A stretch of 64,000 bases of DNA from Proteobacteria bacterium UBA981 (lineage in GTDB: Bacteria; Pseudomonadota; Gammaproteobacteria; Ga0077536), in the NCBI GenBank assembly GCA_002292285.1, contig DBBP01000002.1, positions 133,214 to 197,213 on the forward strand. The letters run 5' to 3'. Numbering within the stretch: the first letter of the stretch is position 1; each line of letters starts with the position of its first letter. Made by a program: the position numbers and the translations under genes. Positions 19,229 to 30,829 of the stretch are shown here, one piece after another. The notes beneath the pieces were generated by a model that saw only the letters and a program-made list of their open reading frames with translations, was not told where the DNA came from and did no database searches.

Positions 19229-19405
19229 TACGTCGGCCGGCATCGCGGTGACGAGACATGACCCGCAGGTGCGCAACAAACGAGCCTGTTTGGCCTGAGA
19301 CCCGGCGTCAGTAGTCGCGCCGCAGCGCGCACTTGATTCGCGTTTCGCAGACAGGGCCGTTCAGCAAAAAGCAAGCCGTCAATACGCCTCCGTCGGCGAC
19401 CAGAG

Positions 19406-21310
19406 CTAGAGATTGTTGCGATAGACTTCGACGTCGCTCCTGGAGCGCAGCGCACCGACAAATTCGCGCCAGGTAGATTCGGCACGTGAGCCGACCAGTT
19501 CTTTCTGAATCCGCCCAACTTCGGCGTCATCGAGTTCGTCGGTGGCCGGTGTCGCGATGTTAGCGATCCGAATCACCGCGTAGTCGGCGTTACCCATAGG
19601 AATACCTTCGAATACGGGAGCCGAGTGAGATCCGGATACGCGGAAAGCGGCGCGCAAAACCGCGCGATTGACCTCATTGGACTCGCGCCCAGCCGCTTCG
19701 ACACTCTCCCAACCGAGACCAACTTCTTCGACGACTTCGGACAGGAGGGCCCCACCTCTTAAGCGTTCTAACAAAGATTTCCCGGCCGCTTCGGTAAGCG
19801 CGCGCCCTTTCTCGGTGACGATTGCTGCCTCGATGTCTTCACGAACGTCGGCGAGAGGAGGAATGCGTGCCGGGAAATGTTCGCCAACACGAATGGCGAC
19901 GACCCGGCCATCATCAAGCTCGATGGGTTCAGCGTTTAGCCCTTCGAGTAATACTTCCGTCTCGAATGCTGCACTGGCGACTTTATCGGAGAACAGTGCA
20001 GCGATCTCACTTCTACCGAGGTTCTCGGTTTCCAATATATTTAACGTGAGTGACTCTGCTGCAACGTCGAGCCCGTCAGGATGTTCGTAGACCAGATTGG
20101 CAAACTGGTCGGCCTGGTCGATAAACATTCGCTGCGCTTCCGCCTCTCGATAGGCCGTCTCCACTTCAGCACGCGCTTCGGCAAAGGTTTTCGTGCCGCC
20201 AGGCTTGATCGCTTTGAGCTTGATCAGGTGATAGCCGAATTTAGTTCGGACCGGTTCACTCACACCACCAACTTCGAGGTCGAAAGCGGCCTGCTCGAAT
20301 TCTGGCGCCATGACACCGCGGGGAAAATAACCGGTCTCGCCGCCGTCAGCACTCGAACCCACATCGTCCGATAGTTCTTGCGCCACGGTTTCGAAGGCCT
20401 CCCCACCCTTGGTACGAGCCATCGCGAGCGCGATTTTCTCTAATGCTGCGGCTTCCTCTTCGCCCGACGCCACCTCAGGGGTGTGGACGAGAATATGATT
20501 AACGTTGCGCTCTTCATCGACGGTATAGGTTGCCTTGTTGGATTCGTAAACTTCCTGGAGGACGTCCTCGCTGATTTCGACTCGGTCGTGCAGTGTTGCC
20601 GCGCTGATTTCCAAGTACCGCAGGGTGACCCGCTCCGCGACACGAAATGTCTCAGCATGTTTGGCGAAGTAGGTCGATATATCGTCCTCGCTCACTGTAA
20701 TTTGATCGCTGTAATCGCTGGCCGGGATCGTCGCGTAACCGATATCACGCTTTTGTTCACGCAATTGCTGGATGACCTCAGCTTCGGTCTGGGTAACAAA
20801 TTCTGATGCCGCGATGCCAGCACGAAGCTGCGCCCGTGCCATATCTTCGCGCAATTTTTGCTCAAACCCGGTTGGTGATAAACCAAGTAGCGGGACTCGC
20901 TGAACGTACAAGTCGCGTGAAAAGGTGCCGTCGGCCTGGAAAGCCGGAATCTGCTGCAACTGCCGCGCAACCTGCACATCCGCGATGCTGATGCGTGCGG
21001 AATTGATGACCCGGCCCAGAATGCGTTCATCGATAAGTTGGTCCAGCGCTCGCTGGCGAACTTCAGGACTGTCCCACGCTCCTGAATCAAACTCCTCTCC
21101 CAAGACTGACTGGGCCTGAGTTCGGTATCGCTGCAGACTTTCCTGAAACTCTTGCAGCAAGATTTCCTGGCCATCCGCCTCCGCCACGACAACTTGCGAG
21201 TCGCCGTCAATGTAGCTCTGCACTCCCCACAACACGAAGGTAAGGGATATCAGGAAAACAATGACGCCGGCGATAATGCCTTTGGAGCCGTCTCGAATAG
21301 TTTGGAGCAT
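19406..21310 (-). CDS. ppiD: periplasmic chaperone / peptidyl-prolyl isomerase PpiD
   Basis: 634 aa; N-terminal membrane anchor MLQTIRDGSKGIIAGVIVFLI, parvulin-like domain. Sits downstream of lon-hupB as in Enterobacteria. Confidence 0.85.
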   Translation of the reverse strand: MLQTIRDGSKGIIAGVIVFLISLTFVLWGVQSYIDGDSQVVVAEADGQEILLQEFQESLQRYRTQAQSVLGEEFDSGAWDSPEVRQRALDQLIDERILGRVINSARISIADVQVARQLQQIPAFQADGTFSRDLYVQRVPLLGLSPTGFEQKLREDMARAQLRAGIAASEFVTQTEAEVIQQLREQKRDIGYATIPASDYSDQITVSEDDISTYFAKHAETFRVAERVTLRYLEISAATLHDRVEISEDVLQEVYESNKATYTVDEERNVNHILVHTPEVASGEEEAAALEKIALAMARTKGGEAFETVAQELSDDVGSSADGGETGYFPRGVMAPEFEQAAFDLEVGGVSEPVRTKFGYHLIKLKAIKPGGTKTFAEARAEVETAYREAEAQRMFIDQADQFANLVYEHPDGLDVAAESLTLNILETENLGRSEIAALFSDKVASAAFETEVLLEGLNAEPIELDDGRVVAIRVGEHFPARIPPLADVREDIEAAIVTEKGRALTEAAGKSLLERLRGGALLSEVVEEVGLGWESVEAAGRESNEVNRAVLRAAFRVSGSHSAPVFEGIPMGNADYAVIRIANIATPATDELDDAEVGRIQKELVGSRAESTWREFVGALRSRSDVEVYRNNL

Positions 21311-21447
21311 GGTTAATGTATGTCCCGGATTAATCAGTTCGATTGACGTTGAACTAGCGTGCGATGCCGTGCTGTGTCTGATTTTTAGACGACACGCCGA
21401 TACGTTCTGTTATCGCTGTCGGTAAGTATTTTTGAGACCGCGAGTGC

Positions 21448-21478
21448 ACAAAAGGAAAAGCGCACCGAGGTGCGCTTC
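21448..21478 (-). terminator. rho-independent terminator downstream of the tRNA-Val/tRNA-Asp pair
   Basis: Minus-strand RNA AAGCGCACC-UCG-GGUGCGCUU hairpin followed by UUCCUUUU. Confidence 0.5.
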
Positions 21479-21506
21479 GTTTGTTTGTCACATAGGCAGA
21501 AGTAAA

Positions 21507-21583
21507 TGGCGGAGTGGACGGGACTCGAACCCGCGACCCCCGGCGTGACAGGCCGGTATTCTAACCAACTGAACTACCACTCC
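21507..21583 (-). tRNA. tRNA-Asp (GTC)
   Basis: Reverse complement reads GGAGTGGTAGTTCAGTTGGTTAGAATACCGGCCTGTCACGCCGGGGGTCGCGGGTTCGAGTCCCGTCCACTCCGCCA; cloverleaf with GUC anticodon, near-identical to E. coli tRNA-Asp. Confidence 0.9.
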
Positions 21584-21595
21584 GGTGGCTTTACC

Positions 21596-21672
21596 TGGTG
21601 GGTGCTGAGGGGATCGAACCCCCGACCTTCGCCTTGTAAGGGCGACGCTCTCCCAGCTGAGCTAAGCACCCG
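21596..21672 (-). tRNA. tRNA-Val (TAC)
   Basis: Reverse complement GGGTGCTTAGCTCAGCTGGGAGAGCGTCGCCCTTACAAGGCGAAGGTCGGGGGTTCGATCCCCTCAGCACCCACCA; anticodon loop CUUACAA. Confidence 0.9.
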
Positions 21673-21692
21673 AGCGTGCCCTGGAAGGCGCG

Positions 21693-21965
21693 CTAGTTTA
21701 CGGCATCCTTTAGAGCTTTGCCAGGTTTGAACCCGGGCACTCTGGATGCCTTGATTTGAATCGTCTCGCCCGTCTGCGGATTGCGTCCAGCACGGGCCGC
21801 TCTGCTTCGGACAACGAACGTACCGAAGCCCACGAGGGTGACTTGGTCGTCGGATTTAAGTGCACCAGTAATGTTGTCGATGACGGCATCAACCACTCGT
21901 GTTGCGGATGCTTTGGATAGGTCTGCCGCTTCGGCAACTGCATCAATCAATTCTGCTTTATTCAT
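21693..21965 (-). CDS. hupB: DNA-binding protein HU-beta
   Basis: 90 aa; [12 protein letters not shown]...[26 protein letters not shown] is the canonical HU sequence. Confidence 0.9.
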   Translation of the reverse strand: MNKAELIDAVAEAADLSKASATRVVDAVIDNITGALKSDDQVTLVGFGTFVVRSRAARAGRNPQTGETIQIKASRVPGFKPGKALKDAVN

Positions 21966-22124
21966 CGGTGTCGTCCCCTTAGGAATCTTGTCCGGCGTAG
22001 GTGGAAAGCTGACTTGGCGACCAGAACCCGAGTGTTCTTCGCGGAAAGTGCCTGCGTTATATCAAGCACCGTATAGACCGTCAAGCGAGCAAGCATGCAC
22101 GTTAGTAGCGTTGTGATTTAAACC

Positions 22125-24533
22125 TCAATGATGCCGCAATACATCCGCGTCGTCGTCACCATCGGACTTTTCTTTACCCACCTCATTGGCGTCTTCAGGA
22201 GCGGCCACAATGGGTTCAGGAAGACGCTGAAGTGCTATCGCAAATACTTCATCTATCCATTGCACTGGTTTGATTTCGAGACCCTGTTTTATGTTCGCAG
22301 GGATTTCCTTGAGCTCCCGCTCGTTCTCTTGTGGGATCACGACTTCCTTGATTCCTCCACGCAAGGCTGCGAGAAGTTTCTCCTTTAACCCTCCGATGGG
22401 CAGGACTTCTCCGCGCAGGGTGATCTCTCCGGTCATGGCGACACTCCGTTTCACAGGGATGCCAGTGAGAGCGGAAACCAGCGACGTACACATGCCAACG
22501 CCGGCGCTCGGACCGTCTTTGGGTGTGGCGCCTTCAGGCACGTGGAAATGCGTATCGTGGTCACGGTAAAAATCCGGTTTGATGCCGAGCGACTGGGCGC
22601 GACTTCGGACGACCGTCATGGCGGCTTTGATGGACTCCTGCATCACGTCACCAAGGCTACCCGTATAGATTTCTTTGCCTTTGCCAGGCACAACCACCGA
22701 CTCAATCGTCAGCAGATCGCCGCCAACTTCAGTCCACGCCAGGCCAGTAACCTGGCCAACCCGGTCCTCGGTATCCGCAAGGCCATAACGAAACTTCTTG
22801 ACGCCCAAGTACTTCTCTAGCGTCTTGGAAGTGACATTGGCGGACGTCACAGCCGGCTTTTGCAGTATCTCTTTGACGACCTTACGGCAAATGTTTGCCA
22901 GTTCCCGTTCCAGACTACGTACCCCGGCTTCGCGCGTGTAGTAGCGCACGATGTCTCGCAGGACGCCTTCGGAGACCTTGATTTCGGCATCCTTTAGTCC
23001 AGCATTCTTAATCTGCTTGGGTAGCAAGTACTTCTGCGCGATGCTGACCTTCTCACCCTCGGTGTACCCCGAGATCTTAATCACTTCCATTCGGTCTAGA
23101 AGCGGCCCGGGTATATTCAGACTATTTGCGGTCGTAATGAACATGACATCGGAGAGGTCGTAGTCGATCTCCAGGTAATGGTCGTTGAATGAATTGTTCT
23201 GCTCGGGATCCAGAACCTCCAGTAAAGCCGACGCCGGATCGCCACGAAAATCCATTGCCATCTTGTCAACTTCATCGAGCAGGAATAGCGGGTTGCGGGT
23301 TTCAACTTTCGCCATGTTCTGCAATATTTTGCCTGGCAAAGAACCGACATAAGTTCGTCTGTGTCCACGGATCTCCGCTTCGTCGCGGACGCCACCCAAG
23401 GACATGCGTACAAATTTGCGATTGGTCGCTCGCGCGATCGAGCGGCCGAGCGATGTTTTACCGACTCCCGGCGGGCCCACCAGGCACAAGATCGGACCTT
23501 TCATCTTCTTGACCCGTTGCTGAACGGCAAGGTACTCAAGGATCCGTTCCTTGACCTTCTCAAGTCCGTAATGGTCCGCCTCAAGAATCTCTTCCGCGCG
23601 ATTGAGATCGCGACTGATTTTAGAGCGTTTCTTCCAGGGTACGGAAAGAATCCAGTCAATATAGTTACGCACCACTGTCGCTTCGGCGGCCATCGGCGAC
23701 ATCATGCGAAGTTTCTTAAGCTCGGCGTCGGCTTTACCCCGCGCCTCCTTGCTCATGCCTGATTCGGCAATTCGGATGGCAAGTTCCTCGAACTCGTTGA
23801 CACCGTCCTCGCTCTCGCCGAGTTCGTTTTGGATCGCCTTCATTTGCTCGTTCAGATAGTACTCGCGCTGGCTCTTTTCCATCTGTTTCTTAACGCGACC
23901 GCGCAGACGTTTTTCGACCTGCAGCAGATCGATCTCGCCTTCCATTAACAAGATCAGGTGCTCAAGCCTTTCCCGTAACGCAACGATCTCGAGTACCCCT
24001 TGTTTGTCCTCGATTTTTACCGCCATGTGGGCGGCAATCGTGTCTGCGAGGCGCGACGGATCATCGATACTGGATAGTGAAGAGATAATCTCTGGAGGAA
24101 CTTTCTTATTCAGTTTTACGTACTGATCAAACTGTGTCATCAATGACCGACTGAGCACTTCGGCTTCCCGGTCTGTCACTTCTTCGACGTCAATTTTCTC
24201 CACTTTAGCCGCGTACAAATCGCTGGTTTCCGTAAACGATTCGATACGACCACGATACTCGCCTTCAACTAGCACCTTGATCGTCCCGTCCGGGAGCTTC
24301 AGGAGCTGAAGAATGTTCGCAACGGTACCAATCGAGTAGATATCGGCCGGTTTTGGATCGTCGTCGCCGGCACTTTTTTGCGCAACCAATAGAATCTGTT
24401 TGCCGGCTTCCATCGCGCGCTCGAGCGCGCGTATCGATTTTTCACGCCCAACAAAAAGTGGGATCACCATGTGCGGGTAAACAACCACATCACGCAATGG
24501 CAAGACGGCTAGTTCACAGATTGATTCACTCAT
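22125..24533 (-). CDS. lon: ATP-dependent Lon protease
   Basis: 802 aa; N-terminal [27 protein letters not shown]+ Walker [10 protein letters not shown], protease domain with catalytic PKDGPSAG. Confidence 0.95.
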   Translation of the reverse strand: MSESICELAVLPLRDVVVYPHMVIPLFVGREKSIRALERAMEAGKQILLVAQKSAGDDDPKPADIYSIGTVANILQLLKLPDGTIKVLVEGEYRGRIESFTETSDLYAAKVEKIDVEEVTDREAEVLSRSLMTQFDQYVKLNKKVPPEIISSLSSIDDPSRLADTIAAHMAVKIEDKQGVLEIVALRERLEHLILLMEGEIDLLQVEKRLRGRVKKQMEKSQREYYLNEQMKAIQNELGESEDGVNEFEELAIRIAESGMSKEARGKADAELKKLRMMSPMAAEATVVRNYIDWILSVPWKKRSKISRDLNRAEEILEADHYGLEKVKERILEYLAVQQRVKKMKGPILCLVGPPGVGKTSLGRSIARATNRKFVRMSLGGVRDEAEIRGHRRTYVGSLPGKILQNMAKVETRNPLFLLDEVDKMAMDFRGDPASALLEVLDPEQNNSFNDHYLEIDYDLSDVMFITTANSLNIPGPLLDRMEVIKISGYTEGEKVSIAQKYLLPKQIKNAGLKDAEIKVSEGVLRDIVRYYTREAGVRSLERELANICRKVVKEILQKPAVTSANVTSKTLEKYLGVKKFRYGLADTEDRVGQVTGLAWTEVGGDLLTIESVVVPGKGKEIYTGSLGDVMQESIKAAMTVVRSRAQSLGIKPDFYRDHDTHFHVPEGATPKDGPSAGVGMCTSLVSALTGIPVKRSVAMTGEITLRGEVLPIGGLKEKLLAALRGGIKEVVIPQENERELKEIPANIKQGLEIKPVQWIDEVFAIALQRLPEPIVAAPEDANEVGKEKSDGDDDADVLRHH

Positions 24534-24699
24534 TACGGGGTTACTCCGCCCGGCCGGCTACATCGAAAAGCAGATGCCTCGAATGCAGCCGTCGGCATTG
24601 GGGAATTGACCGGCACCACGGTGCCGAATTTTGAATGTGGGAAGCGGGCCGCAACAAGTTCATTAGTTGGCGGCCGCAGCAGCGAGGAAATAGCCAACC

Positions 24700-25977
24700 C
24701 TAATCTGGGGCCGCCTTGGGAATTTCCGGGCTCTCGTAAATCACAAGAGGATTCGACTCACCCTTAATCGCACCTTCGTCGACCACCACTTTGGTCGCGT
24801 TGTCCAACGAAGGCAGGTCGTACATTGTGTCGAGCAGACTCTGTTCGAGGATCGAACGCAAACCACGCGCGCCCGTTTTACGCTCGACAGCACGCGCAGC
24901 AACCGCCCGCAGTGCGTCTTCGCGGAATTCCAGTTCGCAGGATTCCATTTCGAAAAGTTTCGCATACTGTTTGGTTAGCGCGTTCTTTGGCTCAAGCAAG
25001 ATCTCAACGAGCTGGTCTTCATCCAGTTCGTCCAGTACCGCGAACACGGCCAGGCGGCCGACGAACTCAGGGATCAGACCGTAACGAATCAGATCTTCGG
25101 GTTCAACTTGATGCAGCAGTTCGCCAGACGTTTGCTTGTCATCTTTGGTTTTCACCTCAGCAGAAAATCCAATACCACCTTTTTCTGAGCGGTCCCGAAT
25201 GATCTTATCGAGTCCTGAGAAGGCGCCACCACAGATAAACAAAATATTGCGTGTATCAACCTGCAGGAATTCTTGCTGAGGATGCTTTCTGCCACCTTGT
25301 GGCGGGACGGAAGCGACCGTTCCTTCGATGAGCTTAAGCAATGCTTGCTGCACGCCCTCGCCCGAAACATCGCGGGTGATCGAGGGGTTATCCGATTTGC
25401 GAGAAATTTTGTCTATTTCATCAATATAGACAATGCCGGTTTGAGCTTTCTCGACGTCGTAATCACATTTCTGCAAAAGCTTTTGAATGATGTTTTCGAC
25501 ATCTTCACCAACGTAGCCCGCTTCGGTGAGGGTCGTGGCATCGGCTATCGTAAACGGAACGTTTAACAACCGCGCCAGCGTTTCCGCCAGCAAGGTCTTG
25601 CCGCTACCAGTCGGACCGATTAGCAGTACATTGCTTTTGGCCAACTCGACATCGTTTTGTTTGACCCGGGTGTCGAGCCGTTTGTAATGGTTGTACACCG
25701 AGACCGAGAGAATTTTCTTTGCCTGATTCTGACCAATCACGTACTCATCAAGTATCGCGTTGATTTCGTGAGGTGTCGGCAGTTTACTACCGACGCCGCC
25801 AGGCGATTTCTCCTGGATTTCTTCCCGGATGATGTCATTACACAGCTCAACACATTCGTCGCAAATAAATACGGACGGTCCCGCAATTAGTTTGCGCACC
25901 TCGTGCTGGCTTTTGCCGCAGAAGGAACAATAGAGCAACCGATCGCCATCGCCCTTGGAGTTCTTGCTATCACTCAT
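24700..25977 (-). CDS. clpX: ATP-dependent Clp protease ATP-binding subunit ClpX
   Basis: 425 aa; zinc-binding CSFCGKSQ...CDEC, Walker [12 protein letters not shown] loop region. Confidence 0.95.
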   Translation of the reverse strand: MSDSKNSKGDGDRLLYCSFCGKSQHEVRKLIAGPSVFICDECVELCNDIIREEIQEKSPGGVGSKLPTPHEINAILDEYVIGQNQAKKILSVSVYNHYKRLDTRVKQNDVELAKSNVLLIGPTGSGKTLLAETLARLLNVPFTIADATTLTEAGYVGEDVENIIQKLLQKCDYDVEKAQTGIVYIDEIDKISRKSDNPSITRDVSGEGVQQALLKLIEGTVASVPPQGGRKHPQQEFLQVDTRNILFICGGAFSGLDKIIRDRSEKGGIGFSAEVKTKDDKQTSGELLHQVEPEDLIRYGLIPEFVGRLAVFAVLDELDEDQLVEILLEPKNALTKQYAKLFEMESCELEFREDALRAVAARAVERKTGARGLRSILEQSLLDTMYDLPSLDNATKVVVDEGAIKGESNPLVIYESPEIPKAAPD

Positions 25978-26010
25978 CGCACAAGTCCTCGAGATCTCAT
26001 TCGTTACCGC

Positions 26011-26664
26011 CTAGCTTTCCGCAGTGGGCGTTGCACGTTTCGCCAGCATGCCGTCGATAATACCGTAATCGACAGCCTCGTCGGCGCTCATGAAACGATC
26101 GCGATCGGTGTCGCTGGCGATTTTGTCCAAGGACTGGCCAGTATGGTTGGCCAGAATTTGATTCAGACGCTCGCGCGCATACAGGATTTCCTTGGCATGG
26201 ATGTCGATATCCGACGCCTGCCCCTGAAATCCGCCCAGGGGTTGGTGAATCATCACCCGTGAATGCGGCAAACAATAACGCTTACCAGCTGCACCGCCGC
26301 ACAGTAAGAGCGCCCCCATGCTCGCGGCCTGACCGATGCACATGGTGCTAACGTCCGGCTTAATAAATTGCATGGTGTCATAAATTGCCAGCCCGGCGGA
26401 GACAGAGCCGCCCGGCGAATTGATGTAGAAATGGATGTCCTTATCGGGGTTTTCCGATTCCAGGAACAACAGTTGGGCCACAATGACATTGGCCACGTAG
26501 TCCTCGACCGGACCAACGAGGAATATCACCCGTTCTTTGAGAAGACGGGAATAAATGTCGTAAGCGCGCTCTCCGCGTGCTGACTGCTCGACAACCATCG
26601 GCACGAGGTTTAGCGCGTGCGGGCCTGAGCCCATATTTGAATCTGAGTAATCTATAGACTTCAA
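26011..26664 (-). CDS. clpP: ATP-dependent Clp protease proteolytic subunit ClpP
   Basis: 217 aa; catalytic triad context [14 protein letters not shown]. Confidence 0.95.
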   Translation of the reverse strand: MKSIDYSDSNMGSGPHALNLVPMVVEQSARGERAYDIYSRLLKERVIFLVGPVEDYVANVIVAQLLFLESENPDKDIHFYINSPGGSVSAGLAIYDTMQFIKPDVSTMCIGQAASMGALLLCGGAAGKRYCLPHSRVMIHQPLGGFQGQASDIDIHAKEILYARERLNQILANHTGQSLDKIASDTDRDRFMSADEAVDYGIIDGMLAKRATPTAES

Positions 26665-26678
26665 GAGCTTACCTCTAT

Positions 26679-27995
26679 CTATGAGCCAGTCTGAACCGGG
26701 TTCATCAAGGCGTCAAACGCCAGATCAAGTTCGGTCACTTTCGCCTGTTCGGCAATCCAATTAACAGCATCTTCTTCGAGACATAAGGCCTCGACCTGCT
26801 GCATTTGTTCCGGATTATCGTAATACCATTTAACCACTGCTGCCGAATCTTCGTAGCTTGAGGCCATATTTTCGATCATTTTGCGAACCCGTTCCGCGTC
26901 TGCCACGATTTCGGCCTTTCTGACGACTTCAGCCATTATCAGCCCAAGTTTGACCCGACTGGTGGCTCGCTCGCGCACCGAGTCCTCAAAACCCTGCCCA
27001 CCTGCCGATGGGTCGATTCCGCGCATCATCATTTCCTGTGCGACTTGCTGACGTAAACGTCCGGATTCGGCCTCGACCATGGCGTTCGGAACCGCGAAAT
27101 CGTTCGCCTCGGCGACCTTCTCCATGACTTCGTTGCTGAATCGCTGGCGCAGAGCCCGTTCGCGCTCCTTCTCCATATTGGCGCGAACGTCGGTGCGAAA
27201 AGCGTCGATGTCGCCTCCGCTAACTCCGAACTTGTCGATAAACGCCTCGTCGAGCTCCGGGAGTACGGGCTCGGAGACCTTGTTGATCGTAATCTCGAAC
27301 CGAACAGCCTTGCCGGACAAGTCCTCTTTGCCATAATCGTCCGGGAAAGTGAGATTGAGATCGGCGGTCTCACCGGCGCTTTTGCCGGCCAATCCGTCCT
27401 CGAAGCCCTCAATCATCATCCCAGTACCAAGCTCAAGGTCGAAGTCCTGTCCGGAACCGCCCTCAAAAGGCTCGCCTTCGATTGTGCCCTCAAAACTGAT
27501 TTGGAGTTGGTCGCCATCAGTCGCCCCGCGCTCCACCGCCACCCATTCCTTGTTCTGTTCGCGTAACTTTTCGATCATGAGATCGACGTCGGCGTCGCCG
27601 ATGTCGCAGGTATGGCGCGTGAGCGCCACCTGCTCAAACGGAGCCAACTCTATTTCCGGGAATACTTCGAAAGTCGCGGTGTAGGTCAAGCCACTCCCCG
27701 TCTCGCTGGAAACCGGATCGATGACTGGCTGTCCGGCGGGCCGCAAAGCCTCTTGCCCCATTGCTTCGCCGAAAGTGCTCTGCACAACCTCGCCCACGAC
27801 TTCATCACGGACACGCTGGCCAAATCGTTGTTTCAGCACTGTCATGGGCACTTTGCCCTGACGAAAACCGTCGATACGTGCGGACTTACGCATATCTTCG
27901 AGCCGAGACTTAACTTCGGTCGAAATACGTTCTTCTGGCACTTCGACCGTCATACGACGTTCAAGCGCCGATGATTCTTCAACGGAAATTTGCAT
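26679..27995 (-). CDS. tig: trigger factor
   Basis: True start [20 protein letters not shown] matches the E. coli MQVSVETTQGLGRRVTITI start; the track ORF has an 8-codon N-terminal extension. FKBP-type PPIase domain in the middle. Confidence 0.9.
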   Translation of the reverse strand: MQISVEESSALERRMTVEVPEERISTEVKSRLEDMRKSARIDGFRQGKVPMTVLKQRFGQRVRDEVVGEVVQSTFGEAMGQEALRPAGQPVIDPVSSETGSGLTYTATFEVFPEIELAPFEQVALTRHTCDIGDADVDLMIEKLREQNKEWVAVERGATDGDQLQISFEGTIEGEPFEGGSGQDFDLELGTGMMIEGFEDGLAGKSAGETADLNLTFPDDYGKEDLSGKAVRFEITINKVSEPVLPELDEAFIDKFGVSGGDIDAFRTDVRANMEKERERALRQRFSNEVMEKVAEANDFAVPNAMVEAESGRLRQQVAQEMMMRGIDPSAGGQGFEDSVRERATSRVKLGLIMAEVVRKAEIVADAERVRKMIENMASSYEDSAAVVKWYYDNPEQMQQVEALCLEEDAVNWIAEQAKVTELDLAFDALMNPVQTGS

Positions 27996-28074
27996 GGGTA
28001 AACCGAATCTATAGTGCAAATGTAGCCCCGCGACAGTCGCGGAGGCATCAATTCGCTGTTGAACATTTATGGAT

Positions 28075-28159
<85 letters not shown>

Positions 28160-28410
28160 GGCTGCCGAACCATAATTAGAACGTCGCCCAGGCCCCTGAA
28201 ACCAGGCCCGGAGTGCCGTTACCAGCGCCGATGATCAAGAGCCAGCGAGCCCTTGCCGCGGGCGGCGGCGCGCACTGGCGGGCGCCATTATAGGTGCAGC
28301 CTCAACACGTTGGTAGCCCCGCAATTGCCCGCCAAACTGCGCTTGCATACTATACTGGCCAGCGCGAACCGACTGATGTTGGGACGCTCCCACAAATTGA
28401 GGTGCGACCG

Positions 28411-28890
28411 ATGAATAAGCTTTTGCCTGCGTGTGTATTCGCCTTAGTTGTGATGAACACCCCGAATGTGTCGGCGGTCACCGTTGTCGAATGCGTCGAT
28501 GCTGATGGCAACACCTCATTCCGGGACCAATGTCCGCCCGGCTCAAGCCAAAAAGGCAAGAAGGAAATCAGCGGCCTGGGGGGCAACGACGGCCCGGACC
28601 TGAGCGCCGTTGCAGCAGCAAATCCGATTACGCTCTATACCGTGCCGGACTGCGATGCCTGCGATCTGACCCGCAACGCCCTGAGCGGACGGGATCTGCC
28701 CTTCACTGAGAAAAATGTCCAGGACAACGCGGAAATGCAGGAAGAGCTGAAAACGGCCACAGGCGGACTAACCGTTCCGGGCATCGTGATTGGCGACAAA
28801 GTGCTCACCGGCTACAGCCGCGATGCAATTGACAGTGCGCTAAACGGGGCGGGCTATCCGGCTCCAGCTGAATCCGGAACGCCGCAATAA
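28411..28890 (+). CDS. secreted DUF4124-glutaredoxin fusion protein (CxxC = CDAC)
   Basis: ATG at 28411 with GAGG SD; signal peptide MNKLLPACVFALVVMNTPNVSA. A DUF4124-like segment (VECVDADGNTSFRDQCPPG) is followed by a glutaredoxin-fold domain: ITLYTVPDCDACDLTRNALSGRDLPFTEKNV...GLTVPGIVIGDKVLTGY. Confidence 0.6.
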   Translation: MNKLLPACVFALVVMNTPNVSAVTVVECVDADGNTSFRDQCPPGSSQKGKKEISGLGGNDGPDLSAVAAANPITLYTVPDCDACDLTRNALSGRDLPFTEKNVQDNAEMQEELKTATGGLTVPGIVIGDKVLTGYSRDAIDSALNGAGYPAPAESGTPQ

Positions 28891-28902
28891 TCCCCCGACA
28901 GT

Positions 28903-29349
28903 TTGTTACTGGCCGTGTTTAATTCGTCAATCGATGCTGAAGCGGCATTTTACGCCGCCTTTAGCAACGCCGATATTGATGCCATGGCCGCTATCTGGAT
29001 GCCGGGATCAGATGCAATCTGCGTTCATCCCGGCGGCCCGCGTCTATGCGGTCTGGACGCAATACGCCAGAGCTGGTCACTGATTCTGAGCGATTCGATG
29101 CCGCGGCAGTTCGAACTCCGTGGGCGCCTCATTATCGGCTCCGGTGATTGCCGCATTCACACTCTTGAGGAAAACATCAGTGTACCCGGGACCGAATTCG
29201 TCGCGCCGCCGGTGCTGGCGACGAATATTTATCAAAAACATCGGGATGGCTGGTTGATGGTGCTACATCACGCCAGTGTGTCTCCAGAATCAGTCGCGGA
29301 CACGAAAGATACCGACAAGCCGCGCCATTCATCGCAGGTTCTGCATTAG
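28903..29349 (+). CDS. NTF2-like (SnoaL/DUF4440-type) small protein
   Basis: 148 aa; AEAAFYAAFSNADIDAMAAIW is the typical SnoaL-like N-terminal helix. Start codon uncertain (TTG 28903 or GTG 28915). Confidence 0.45.
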   Translation: MLLAVFNSSIDAEAAFYAAFSNADIDAMAAIWMPGSDAICVHPGGPRLCGLDAIRQSWSLILSDSMPRQFELRGRLIIGSGDCRIHTLEENISVPGTEFVAPPVLATNIYQKHRDGWLMVLHHASVSPESVADTKDTDKPRHSSQVLH

Positions 29350-29478
29350 ACCAAATTGAGACGACGACGACGGTAACCCAGGTTGGGTGCCGCTTGGCGG
29401 TTTCGCAATATCCTGCGCTAGGATTACGTCGGGAGTCGCGCGATCAAAGTTCGGAATTCTTCAATCCAACGAGAAAAT

Positions 29479-29554
<76 letters not shown>

Positions 29555-29612
29555 GCTAAAGCGGAAGGTATCTCGGCAATTCGCTCGTGAAATTGCTGAA
29601 ATATTTATTTAG

Positions 29613-29689
29613 TGGGGTGGACGATGGGGTTCGAACCCACGACATCACGGACCACAACCGTGTGCTCTACCAACTGAGCTACGCCCACC
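29613..29689 (-). tRNA. tRNA-His (GTG) with encoded G-1
   Basis: Reverse complement G-GTGGGCGTAGCTCAGTTGGTAGAGCACACGGTTGTGGTCCGTGATGTCGTGGGTTCGAACCCCATCGTCCACCCCA. The extra 5' G pairs with discriminator C73, the histidine identity element. Confidence 0.85.
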
Positions 29690-29796
29690 ATAGGACTAAA
29701 ATGCTTGGATTGAACAGCAACCGCGTTCGGTGCGAGCTAGCCGCTCACCCTGCCACAGTAACGTGCAATCCGTCACTCGAGCCAATCTTCATAGAT

Positions 29797-29873
29797 TGGC
29801 GCGCCTGGCAGGATTCGAACCTGCTACCCTCGGCTTAGAAGGCCGATGCTCTATCCATATGAGCTACAGGCGC
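29797..29873 (-). tRNA. tRNA-Arg (TCT)
   Basis: Reverse complement GCGCCTGTAGCTCATATGGATAGAGCATCGGCCTTCTAAGCCGAGGGTAGCAGGTTCGAATCCTGCCAGGCGCGCCA; anticodon loop CUUCUAA. Confidence 0.85.
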
Positions 29874-29941
29874 ACGACATCGGACGCCTGAACGTGACAC
29901 CCTGCAAGTACAAGTTTAAACCTTGCGACTGCCAACTCAAA

Positions 29942-30018
<77 letters not shown>

Positions 30019-30323
30019 GGCACCGTATCCGTGGCCGAAACCGCGGAGGGGCGATAATACGCACGCCCCGAACAAGCGTCAACGTGCGGTGTCAGCCGAT
30101 TGACGAGCCTTCAGTGGCCTCAATAGAGCACCACTTCGGGACGCTATTCACACACCCGCAAACTTGCGCTCAGACCCGCACCTCGGCACCATATGCCCGG
30201 CTTGGCGCGACCGCATCGGGTCCGCCGGTAAGCACAACCCGCAGCCCCTTAAACTTATTCCCAAGAACTCGGCGGCGCCAAACGGCGTGCCGACAAAATC
30301 ACAGCACAGTGACGGAGCTTTCC

Positions 30324-30827
30324 ATGACCCGCGTAAAACTTGCCACGACCTCAGGCGACATTACCCTTGAGCTGAACAGCTCTGCCGCGCCAGAAACGGC
30401 GCAAAACTTCCTGAACTACGTAGAGAGCGGTCATTACGCCGGTACGATTTTTCATCGGGTCATCAACGGATTCATGGTTCAGGGTGGTGGCATGGATCGC
30501 GATATGCAGGAGCGCGCCACGAACGCATCGGTAAAAAACGAGGCGAACAACGGCCTCGGCAACGACGAAGGTACGGTCGCAATGGCGCGCACATCCGACC
30601 CGCACTCAGCATCGGCGCAATTCTTTATTAACGTAAAGGACAACGACTTTCTTAACCATACTGCAGAGACGCAAAGTGGTTGGGGCTACTGTGTCTTCGC
30701 CAAAGTTGTCGATGGGATGGATACGGTCAACACCATCAAAGCCGTGGCAACTTCGAATCGCGGGGCGCACCAGGACGTCCCCACAGAGCCTATCGAAATC
30801 ATTAGCGCAACCGTGGAGACGAACTAG
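30324..30827 (+). CDS. ppiB: peptidyl-prolyl cis-trans isomerase B (cyclophilin)
   Basis: ATG 30324 with GGAG SD; [17 protein letters not shown]...[14 protein letters not shown]...[16 protein letters not shown] is the cyclophilin fold. Confidence 0.9.
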   Translation: MTRVKLATTSGDITLELNSSAAPETAQNFLNYVESGHYAGTIFHRVINGFMVQGGGMDRDMQERATNASVKNEANNGLGNDEGTVAMARTSDPHSASAQFFINVKDNDFLNHTAETQSGWGYCVFAKVVDGMDTVNTIKAVATSNRGAHQDVPTEPIEIISATVETN

Positions 30828-30829
30828 GA

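Noticed and set aside
19229-19405. GC-rich hairpin CGCGC-CGCA-GCGCG between convergent fabI and ppiD
   Set aside because: It could be a bidirectional terminator, but it lacks a clear U-tract on either strand.
24534-24699. Possible sigma-32 heat-shock promoter upstream of lon
   Set aside because: A CCCCAATG-like element and weak CTTGxxx-like elements are present on the minus strand. Spacing and match to CTTGAAA-N13-15-CCCCATNT are too poor to call by eye.
27996-28019. 8-codon N-terminal extension (MHYRFGLP) on the trigger factor ORF
   Set aside because: The conserved trigger-factor N-terminus begins at MQISVEE, so the upstream ATG is probably not used.
28888-28905. DUF4124-Grx ORF and the following NTF2-like ORF are in the same frame, 4 codons apart
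   Set aside because: The intervening stop is TAA, not TGA, so Sec recoding is not plausible. They are most likely two genes, although the NTF2-like start (TTG/GTG, no clear SD) remains uncertain.
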